This document shows positions 56,101 to 64,000 of a DNA stretch of 64,000 nt, in pieces. This DNA comes from an uncultured bacterium. Its GTDB lineage: Bacteria; Acidobacteriota; Thermoanaerobaculia; Multivoradales; JAHZIX01. Every line of letters starts with the position of its first letter. The first letter of the stretch is position 1. A program made the position numbers and the translations under genes. A model generated the notes under the pieces. The model was not told the DNA's origin, did not search any database, and saw nothing but the letters and a program-made list of their open reading frames with translations. The DNA lies in assembly GCA_965368975.1 (NCBI GenBank), contig CBDUPA010000024.1, positions 23,689 through 87,688 on the forward strand. Direction: 5' to 3'.

Positions 56101-57207
56101 CAGCTTGCCGAGGTCGAGGTTGTAAATCACCGTTGGACCGCTGGCGCTGAGTACCGTCACCGGACCCTGGTTCACTTGCACTTCGAGCTTGCCCGGAGAT
56201 CCCTGCCAATCGACCAACACGTCGAGGCGGTTGATCTGGTCGACGCCGTCGAGGAAGACGCCCTGGTACAGCCGGTCGACGCGCATCACGTGGGGCAAGG
56301 CATTGACCACCACCACGTCGTAGGTCTGCGTGTCCTCGCCATAGGGGTTGCTGACTGTCAGCGTGACCGGGTAGGTGCCGGCGGTGGCGAAGGTGTGCAC
56401 GGGGTCGGGCACGTCGTCGTCGATCACGCCGTCACCGTCGAAGTCCCAGGCGTAGACCAGTTCCGTGCCGCGCGACTGGTCGCTGAAGATCACCGGTGTG
56501 GCGGCGAGCGGCACCGGAGGCGCCCAGCGAAAGTCGGCGTTGGGAGCGAGGCCGGAGCACAGGGTCATGTCGTCGAAGCCGAACTCGTTGACCAGGGCTC
56601 CGGCCAGGGTGACACTGCGGATGTTGTTGACGTCCGAGGTCAGCATGAGCTTGTCCCACTTGCAGAAGACGCCGGTCGGATCGCCGGTGCATCCCACCGT
56701 GCCGTCGACGTTGCCCGTCGCCGTCGCGACCACCTGTCCGCTGCCGTTGGGTCCGTTCCACGCCGACAGGGTCACCGGCACCGAGAAGGGCGAGGCCGTA
56801 TACCAGACCTCCACGGTGTGCACGAAGGTGTCAAAGGTGATCGGGTCGACTTCGGTCAGGAAGTGCGCCACGGTGCTCGGAGACGGTTCGTTGGCGAAGT
56901 CACCGGTACCGCCGGCGTCCTGATCGACCAAGCCGAGCCATGACGGCCCGAAGGTCACGGCCGGCACGCCAGCGATGGTGCCTATGGGGGCGTTGTTGGC
57001 GATGCCCTCGAAGCTGATCTCGGTGCACGAAGCGCCGTTCTTGGACATCACGTGGAAGGGCGGAGCCGTGGTCGTCGGAGGGCCGGGCTCAGCGCTGGAA
57101 GACAGTCTCGGGTGGACGGCCTCGACCACTGACGATGCCGGAGGCACAGCTGTGAAGAGGAGGGACAGGCAGAGAATAAGGGCGAAGAAGCGGGTGGGAC
57201 GGCACAT
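53149..57207 (-). CDS. Large secreted PKD/CARDB multidomain protein
   Basis: Signal peptide; PKD (YAWDFDGDG..HTFATAGTYPVTLTV); repeat-rich propeller-like middle; CARDB (VDAADEIDELLETNN); second PKD (FDASGSLDPDGD..HTFASAGSY). Confidence 0.85.
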   Translation of the reverse strand: MCRPTRFFALILCLSLLFTAVPPASSVVEAVHPRLSSSAEPGPPTTTAPPFHVMSKNGASCTEISFEGIANNAPIGTIAGVPAVTFGPSWLGLVDQDAGGTGDFANEPSPSTVAHFLTEVDPITFDTFVHTVEVWYTASPFSVPVTLSAWNGPNGSGQVVATATGNVDGTVGCTGDPTGVFCKWDKLMLTSDVNNIRSVTLAGALVNEFGFDDMTLCSGLAPNADFRWAPPVPLAATPVIFSDQSRGTELVYAWDFDGDGVIDDDVPDPVHTFATAGTYPVTLTVSNPYGEDTQTYDVVVVNALPHVMRVDRLYQGVFLDGVDQINRLDVLVDWQGSPGKLEVQVNQGPVTVLSASGPTVIYNLDLGKLPESTQPSLVRLTPTNGEGVRGDTQVEKVYVFPYPEWLKIATEIGGTVTARAGDGEIVFGLLYKYPKEPISKGCDIGCALSNCPKCIQVPKWVPLFGGTFDLLETQLSVEGSVSSVGTGSLSFDAKTGFFALGGGKAGGGVEGSASGKGEFRLAVIDGLDLIKATGELKIVGVLAAEAGIFDAIPGLQSLSGLPVLSTINKKVTLRGEIRPSITLMVVFAEKEDDLLHFDEITGTLGLDLTAVLDVNICRSLDLTGWASGGGSVTAGLPTPIFRQAEMHVEAGVKLVVWFWDFTAKARYQCTYKRSGEFRCGRSKSAPETPRLHLIATDIRRFGEPSRFVEAPRLRPDGPLYGDGGSVSRPRALLPHAVQEVTLLENVYAQASPAFTELPGGDHLLLWLSQDPSLPTPQSTELYFSRNYGAGWAAPLQLTDDRRADLAPQLASDSRGNAVAVWTRVRDARFDSPIEELEDLPAFLSRLDVVSAFYNTATGFWSTPVVLTNNALHDTDVQLSRATDGRLMLSWLQQPGGLFTSDAAHPATLRVRFWNAATRTWGPAQTVASGLVGVTRHAAAYRGDEAFAVLSLDPDPTTGGDEVLRLYTWDGIRWLANPRWAAGGGGNRAPQAAYDHSGTGHMVWLRGDNLVQATLDDKTPRPVRTGSSSATFDDLRLLRQPQGHLTLLWQEVTDDGPANLWAQIYDPGWQSWSEDLRLTSESDATHHDLTATYGTDGVLRAAYLRTQILRTEDTEVLDGVPVTFDNLPDAGRTDLRLLEHHLDADLTVAEGDLHTSPATPAVGDSVQATLQVHNTGALATGAFDVRLYVGDPDAAGVQVAEQRVDGPLVGGATVEVSLGYVQPAGDAELVAVVDAADEIDELLETNNRVSLALDNQAPFAVIIADVTSGAAPLTVYFDASGSLDPDGDSLRFSWLFADGASAVGAAVSHTFASAGSYPVSVLVTDQHGAQAAASVVITVTGDGGRECRLEPCT

Positions 57208-57369
57208 GGTCGCTCCTCTCGAACGCTGGGCGCGCGAAGGTGGACAAACCGGCCGGTGTAGGAGGTCTAATGGGAAGGTGCCGACAAAGGGTACGGGAGC
57301 TGGACCTCCCTAGATACCTTAGTTTATCAGGTTCGATGCGAACGTGTGGCACCCTCGGCCGCTGCAGAC

Positions 57370-57520
57370 GGGCACCCCCAGAGGGGTGCCCCGAATACTG
57401 GGATCAGGAATCTGGTGTAGGGGCGACCCCGTGTGGTCGCCCTGCGGCGTAGCCGCATCTGGATTCGGGAGGTCCCGTCCCGCGCCCAGGGCACCCACAT
57501 GGGGGTGCCCCTACCCAGAG
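57370..57520. repeat. Cluster of three REP-like palindromes (BIME/REPIN-like)
   Basis: 57370-57392 gggcacccccagaggggtgcccc; 57417-57442 GTAGgggcgaccccgtgtggtcgccc; 57489-57520 gggcacccacatgggggtgcccCTACccagag (inverted). Confidence 0.8.
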
Positions 57521-57559
57521 TTTGGCGTCCACCACCACGAGCTGCTGTATGCGCTGGCT

Positions 57560-58975
57560 CTAGCCCTGGATGCCGCCCTCGGTCATACCGTACGGATCGA
57601 GCACCTTGTCCAGCTCGTCCGCCGGCAGCACCTGCTGATCCTGGGCGATCTCGCGCACGGTGCGGCCGGTGGCGAAGGCTTCCTTGGCGATCGAGGCTGC
57701 CTTGTCGTAGCCGATCACCGGCGCCAGCGACGTGCACATGGCCAGGGATTTCTCGACCATCTCGGACAGCCGGGCCTGGTTGGCCTCGATGCCTTCGACG
57801 CAGCGCTCGGCGAACATCGTGCTGGCGTTGGCCAGGATGTCGATCGACTGCAGCAGGTTGTACGCGATCACCGGCATCATGACGTTGAGCTCGAAGTTGC
57901 CGCTCAGGCCACCGAGTGCGATGGTGGTGTCGTTGCCGATCACCTGCGCGGTGACCATCAACATCGATTCCGGAATCACCGGGTTGATCTTGCCGGGCAT
58001 GATCGAGCTGCCGGGCTGCAAGCTGGGCAGCATGATCTCGCCGATGCCGCAGCGCGGGCCGGACGACAGCCAGCGCACGTCGTTGGCGATCTTGTGCAGC
58101 GATACCGCGATCGTCTTCAGCGCGCCCGAGGTCTCGACCGCCGCGTCCTTGCCGGCCAGGGCCTCGAAGCGATTGGGCGCGGGCACGAAGGGATGGCCGG
58201 TGGCCTCGGCGATGCGCGTGATCACCTTGTCGGCGAAGCCCGGAGGGGCGTTGAGCCCGGTGCCGACCGCCGTGCCACCGAGGGCCAGCTCGGCCAGCCG
58301 CGGCTTGACGGCGTCGAGCCGCGCGCGCGCGTTGCGGACCTGCTGCGCATAGCCACTGAACTCTTGCCCCAGGCGTACCGGCACTGCGTCCTGCAGGTGC
58401 GTGCGGCCGATCTTGACCAGCGGATCGAACTCCTCGGCCTTGGCTTCCAGGGCTCTCGCCAGGCGCTCCAGCGCCGGCTCCAGGTCGTGGGCGATGGCGT
58501 CGTAGGCCGAGACGTGGATGGCGGTCGGGATGGTGTCGTTGGACGACTGGCCGGCATTGACGTGGTCGTTCGGGTGTACCGGCGACTTGGAGCCGATCTC
58601 CCCGCCGAGGATCTCGATCGCCCGGTTGGCGATCACCTCGTTGGTGTTCATGTTGGTCGAGGTGCCCGAGCCGGTCTGGAAGATGTCGAGCGGGAAGTCG
58701 GCGTCGCGCTTGCCGGCGATCACCTCGTCGGCCGCCTGCACGATGGCGTCGGCCAGCTTGCCGTCGACGATGCCCATCTCGGCGTTCACCTTGGCGGCGC
58801 CGCGCTTGATCTGCGCCATGGCGGCGATGAAACGGCGCGGGAAGCGCAGGCCGCTGACCGGGAAGTTGCGGTGCGCGCGCTCGGTCTGGGCGCCGTAGTA
58901 GTGATCGGCGGGAACCTCGATCGGGCCGAGGCTGTCGGTTTCCGTGCGGGTCGAATCGGAACGCTTGGCGGTCAT
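57560..58975 (-). CDS. fumC: Class II fumarate hydratase
   Basis: RTETDSLG, YYGAQT, FQTGSGTSTNMN, HPNDHVN..QSSND, GRTHLQDA, GSSIMPGKINP, GNFELNV. Confidence 0.95.
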   Translation of the reverse strand: MTAKRSDSTRTETDSLGPIEVPADHYYGAQTERAHRNFPVSGLRFPRRFIAAMAQIKRGAAKVNAEMGIVDGKLADAIVQAADEVIAGKRDADFPLDIFQTGSGTSTNMNTNEVIANRAIEILGGEIGSKSPVHPNDHVNAGQSSNDTIPTAIHVSAYDAIAHDLEPALERLARALEAKAEEFDPLVKIGRTHLQDAVPVRLGQEFSGYAQQVRNARARLDAVKPRLAELALGGTAVGTGLNAPPGFADKVITRIAEATGHPFVPAPNRFEALAGKDAAVETSGALKTIAVSLHKIANDVRWLSSGPRCGIGEIMLPSLQPGSSIMPGKINPVIPESMLMVTAQVIGNDTTIALGGLSGNFELNVMMPVIAYNLLQSIDILANASTMFAERCVEGIEANQARLSEMVEKSLAMCTSLAPVIGYDKAASIAKEAFATGRTVREIAQDQQVLPADELDKVLDPYGMTEGGIQG

Positions 58976-59090
58976 ATCTTTATCTCCTGCGAGGGATCTC
59001 GAGTGGTCGCTGTGAACCGGCCTGGTTCACCCTCTGATCCTACCAGGGCCGCCGGTGGCTTCCGCGTCCTCCTCGGCATAGACTCGCCCT

Positions 59091-60281
<1,191 letters not shown>

Positions 60282-60287
60282 CGCACC

Positions 60288-63200
60288 ATGCCGAAACGCA
60301 CCGACATCCAGTCCATCCTCCTGCTCGGCTCCGGCCCGATTGTCATCGGCCAGGCCTGCGAATTCGATTACTCCGGTACCCAGGCCTGCCGCGCACTGAA
60401 GGCGGAGGGGTACCGGGTCATCCTGGTCAACTCCAATCCCGCCACCATCATGACGGATCCGGAACTGGCGGACGCGACCTATGTCGAGCCGCTGATTCCG
60501 GAGATCGTCGAGAAGATCCTGGAGAAGGAGCGCCCGGACGCACTGTTGCCGACGGTGGGCGGGCAGACGGGGATCAACCTGGCGGTAGCGCTGGCGGAGT
60601 CCGGGGCGCTGGAGAAGTATGACGTCGAGGTGCTGGGCGCCGGCATCGAGGCGTTGCAGCTGGGCGAGGATCGGCTGCAGTTCAAGCAGGCGATGGAGGA
60701 GATCGGGCTCATCGTGCCCAAGAGCGGCTACGCGGGCACGCGCGCCGAGGCGCGGGAGATCGCCAAGGAGATTGGCCTGCCGGTGATCGTGCGGCCGAGC
60801 TTCACGCTCGGTGGGGAAGGGCACGGGATCGCTTACAACTGGGAAGAGTTCGACCGCGTCGTGGACACGGCGCTGCACGCCAGCCCGGCGACGCGGGTGT
60901 TGCTCGAAGAGTCGGTGCTGGGGTGGAAGGAGTACGAGCTGGAGGTGATGCGCGACATCGCCGACAACGCGATCGTGGTGTGCTCGGTGGAGAACGTCGA
61001 CGCGATGGGGGTGCACACCGGGGACTCGATCACCGTCGCACCGCAGCAGACGCTGTCGGACCGCGAGTACCAGCAGATGCGCGACGATGCCTTCCGCGTG
61101 ATCCGACGCGTCGGCGTCGCGACGGGCGGCTCGAACATTCAGTTCGCGGTGCATCCGGAAACCGGCGAGCAGCTGGTGATCGAGATGAACCCGCGCGTTT
61201 CGCGCAGCTCGGCGCTGGCGTCGAAGGCGACAGGCTTTCCGATTGCCAAGATCGCGGCGTTGCTGGCGGTCGGCTACACGCTGGATGAGATCCCCAATCG
61301 CATCACCGGCAAGACCTGGGCCGCCTTCGAGCCGAGTCTCGATTACTGCGTGGTCAAGATTCCGCGCTGGGCGTTCGAGAAGTTCCCGCAGGCACCGGCG
61401 GTGCTGGGCACGTCGATGCAGAGCGTCGGCGAGGTGATGGCGCTCGGTGGTACCTTCGCCGAGGCGCTGCTCAAGGGGCTGGCGGCGCTGGAACTCGACG
61501 GCACCCTCGACGCGCGCGAGAAGTCGATGTCGAACCCGCTGCAGCTGCGTCACTGGTTGACCACGCCCAACTGGCAGCGCCTGTTCGCCGTCTTCGCGGC
61601 GCTGCGCCAGGGCTGGTCGGTGGACGAGATCTCGGCCGCGTCGCACATCGACCCGTGGTTCTTGCACGAGATGGCGGAGGTGGTGCGCATCGAGACCGAG
61701 CTGGCGTGCTGGGATCTCGACTCCTTGCCGACGCCGCTGCTGCGCCAGGCCAAGGAAGTGGGCCTGTCGGACGCCCGCATCGCCTCGCTGGTGGTCAGCG
61801 ATGTCGCCAGCGTGCGCCAGGTGCGGCAGGCGCGCGGCGTGCGGCGCATCTACAAGCGCGTCGACACCTGCGCCGCCGAGTTCCCGGCCACTACGCCGTA
61901 CCTCTACTCGACCTTCGGCGTCGAGGACGAGAGCGAGCCGACCGACAAGCGCAAGGTCGTCATCCTGGGCTCCGGCCCGAACCGCATCGGCCAGGGGATC
62001 GAGTTCGACTACTGCTGCGTCCACGCGGCCTTCGAACTGCGCGAACGTGGCTTCGAGACGGTGATGATCAACTGCAACCCCGAGACCGTCTCGACCGACT
62101 ACGACACCTCCGACCGTCTCTACTTCGAACCCTTGACGCTGGAACACGTGCTGGCGGTGCTGGAAGTCGAGAAACCGGAGGGCGTCGTCGTGCAACTCGG
62201 CGGCCAGACGCCGCTCAAGCTGGCGCGGGGCCTCGAGGCAGCGGGCGTCCCGATCCTGGGTACGCCGCCGGACGCCATCGACCTGGCCGAGGACCGGGAA
62301 CGCTTCGGCACCCTGCTGCGCGAAGAGGACATCCGCCAGCCACCCAACGCCATGGCCGTGACCGTCGAGGACGCGCTGGCCGCTGCCGAGCAGATCGGTT
62401 TTCCGGTCGTCGTGCGTCCCAGCTACGTGCTCGGTGGTCGCGCCATGGCCGTGTGCTGGGATCGTCCGACGCTCGAACGCTACATGCGCGAAGCTGCGCA
62501 GGTGAGCGACGGCGCGCCGGTGCTGCTCGACCGCTTCCTCGAAGACGCCTTCGAACTCGACCTCGACCTGCTGTGCGACGGTGAGCGCGCCGTAGTCGGT
62601 GGCCTGATGCAGCACATCGAGGAAGCGGGCATCCACTCCGGTGACTCCGCCGCGGTGCTGCCGCCCTACCGTGTCGGTCCGTCGGGCATTCCCCCCGAGC
62701 GCCTGGACGAAATGCGCGACATCGCCGGTCGCCTGGCGCTACGCCTCGGCGTCGTCGGCTTGATGAACGTCCAGTTCGCGGTGCACGAGGGCGACCTCTA
62801 CGTGCTCGAAGTCAATCCGCGCGCCTCGCGCACCGTGCCGTTCATCGCCAAGGCGGTCGGCGTCCCCCTGGTGCGCCTCGCCACCGCCGTCATGGCCGGG
62901 CACAAGCTGGATGAACTGGGCTTCACCGAAGAACCGGAAGTCCCCGGCGTCTTCGTCAAGGAAGCCGTCTTCCCCTTCCGTCGCTTCCCCGGCGTCGATC
63001 CGATTCTCGGTCCCGAGATGAAGAGCACCGGCGAGGTCATGGGCGCCAGCGCCAGCTTCGGCAACGCCTTCGCCAAAGCCTGGCTCGGCGCCGGTCACCC
63101 CCTGCCCACCGAAGGCACCGCCTTCCTCAGCGTCCACGACCGCGACAAGCAAGCCCTCCTCCCCGTCGCCCGCCGTCTCAGCTCCATCGGCTTTCACCTG

Positions 63201-63512
63201 ATCGCCACCGCCGGTACCGCGCGCTGGCTGCACGATCAAGGTGTCGAAGTCGAGATGGTGCGCAAGGTTCACGAGGGCCGCCCGCACATTGTCGACGCGC
63301 TGCTGAATAGGGAAGTGCAGCTGGTCGTCAACACCCCGCTCGGATCGGCTTCCGCCCACGACGACGCCGAAATCCGGCGTACTGCTCTGAAGCTGGACAT
63401 CCCCTGCGTCACCACACTTTCCGGCGCCATGGCCGCCGCCGAAGGGATCGCGGCGGTGCGGCGTCATGGGTTGAGCGTCCGGTCGTTGCAGGATTGGTAT
63501 CGGGCGGAGTGA
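60288..63512 (+). CDS. carB: Carbamoyl-phosphate synthase large subunit
   Basis: [67 protein letters not shown] domain. Confidence 0.98.
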   Translation: MPKRTDIQSILLLGSGPIVIGQACEFDYSGTQACRALKAEGYRVILVNSNPATIMTDPELADATYVEPLIPEIVEKILEKERPDALLPTVGGQTGINLAVALAESGALEKYDVEVLGAGIEALQLGEDRLQFKQAMEEIGLIVPKSGYAGTRAEAREIAKEIGLPVIVRPSFTLGGEGHGIAYNWEEFDRVVDTALHASPATRVLLEESVLGWKEYELEVMRDIADNAIVVCSVENVDAMGVHTGDSITVAPQQTLSDREYQQMRDDAFRVIRRVGVATGGSNIQFAVHPETGEQLVIEMNPRVSRSSALASKATGFPIAKIAALLAVGYTLDEIPNRITGKTWAAFEPSLDYCVVKIPRWAFEKFPQAPAVLGTSMQSVGEVMALGGTFAEALLKGLAALELDGTLDAREKSMSNPLQLRHWLTTPNWQRLFAVFAALRQGWSVDEISAASHIDPWFLHEMAEVVRIETELACWDLDSLPTPLLRQAKEVGLSDARIASLVVSDVASVRQVRQARGVRRIYKRVDTCAAEFPATTPYLYSTFGVEDESEPTDKRKVVILGSGPNRIGQGIEFDYCCVHAAFELRERGFETVMINCNPETVSTDYDTSDRLYFEPLTLEHVLAVLEVEKPEGVVVQLGGQTPLKLARGLEAAGVPILGTPPDAIDLAEDRERFGTLLREEDIRQPPNAMAVTVEDALAAAEQIGFPVVVRPSYVLGGRAMAVCWDRPTLERYMREAAQVSDGAPVLLDRFLEDAFELDLDLLCDGERAVVGGLMQHIEEAGIHSGDSAAVLPPYRVGPSGIPPERLDEMRDIAGRLALRLGVVGLMNVQFAVHEGDLYVLEVNPRASRTVPFIAKAVGVPLVRLATAVMAGHKLDELGFTEEPEVPGVFVKEAVFPFRRFPGVDPILGPEMKSTGEVMGASASFGNAFAKAWLGAGHPLPTEGTAFLSVHDRDKQALLPVARRLSSIGFHLIATAGTARWLHDQGVEVEMVRKVHEGRPHIVDALLNREVQLVVNTPLGSASAHDDAEIRRTALKLDIPCVTTLSGAMAAAEGIAAVRRHGLSVRSLQDWYRAE

Positions 63513-63595
63513 GGTGTTACCTAGAGCCTCTGTAGTTCTTAGCACGGCGGAGCGCGGTGCGAGGATGACTATTACCTTGTAAGGAAGGTTGATTC

Positions 63596-64000
63596 ATGAT
63601 CACCGGTGCACTCAAATCCAAGGTTGACGGCATCTGGGACACGATGTGGTCCGGCGGCATCTCGAACCCGCTCTCGGTCATCGAGCAGCTGACCTATCTG
63701 CTGTTCATCAAGCGGCTGGACGAACTGCACACGCTGCGGGAGAACAGAGCCGCCCGCACCGGCAAGCCGATCGAGGAGCCGATCTTCCACAAGAGCCAGG
63801 CCGGTTTGCGCTGGTCGCGGTTCAAGGAGACGGCTCCGGCAAAGATGTTCGAGACGGTGAAGGACGAGGTGTTCCCCTTCATCAAGGAGCTGGGGAGCCA
63901 CGGCGGGGACGAGGCGGAGGGCGATTCGACCTACTCGCACCACATGCGGGACGCCATCTTCATGATGCCCACGCCCCGCGTGCTGTCCAGCGTGGTCGAC
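63596..64000 (+). CDS. hsdM: Type I restriction-modification methyltransferase subunit, N-terminal part (runs off the window)
   Basis: Own translation from ATG 63596: MITGALKSKVDGIWDTMWSGGISNPLSVIEQLTYLLFIKRLDE...LRWSRFK...MFETVKDEVFPFIK; AAGGAAGG RBS. Absent from the ORF track because there is no stop in the window. Confidence 0.9.
   Translation, partial: MITGALKSKVDGIWDTMWSGGISNPLSVIEQLTYLLFIKRLDELHTLRENRAARTGKPIEEPIFHKSQAGLRWSRFKETAPAKMFETVKDEVFPFIKELGSHGGDEAEGDSTYSHHMRDAIFMMPTPRVLSSVVD

Noticed and set aside
57370-57520. Possible mini-CRISPR or rho-independent terminators
   Set aside because: Units differ in sequence and orientation and lack U-tracts; the GTAG-plus-hairpin form indicates REPs.
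63572-63943. Minus-strand 123-aa and 63-aa ORFs
   Set aside because: Antisense to the hsdM N-terminus.

Overview
High-GC bacterial DNA. The expanded Ser/Thr kinase-TPR, CHAT, ECF-sigma and carboxypeptidase-regulatory-repeat genes suggest Acidobacteriota, possibly Thermoanaerobaculia-like; this is an inference. Housekeeping genes are mtaB, efp-epmA with divergent epmB plus a deoxyhypusine-synthase homologue, envC-S41-yibQ-like genes, fumC, carAB, and the 5' end of a type I R-M hsdM at the right edge. Accessory content includes a TolC/MFP/RND efflux operon followed by an ECF sigma/zinc anti-sigma pair, two kinases, an orphan adenine methyltransferase, a low-GC two-gene islet, two back-to-back toxin-antitoxin modules (MenA1/MenT1-like and MNT/HEPN), large secreted proteins and GTAG-type REP elements. 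The best candidate for an undescribed system is the operon at 2829-11693: a divergent sigma-like HTH protein, a single-pass membrane partner and three translationally coupled clan-CD cysteine proteases (TPR-CHAT, C25/gingipain-like, CHAT). It is divergent from a secreted protein built of Cys-punctuated acidic repeats. The second candidate is a DHS homologue embedded in the EF-P beta-lysylation locus. I saw no tRNA, rRNA, CRISPR array, transposase or integrase. All family calls come from motif recognition by eye, not from database searches.
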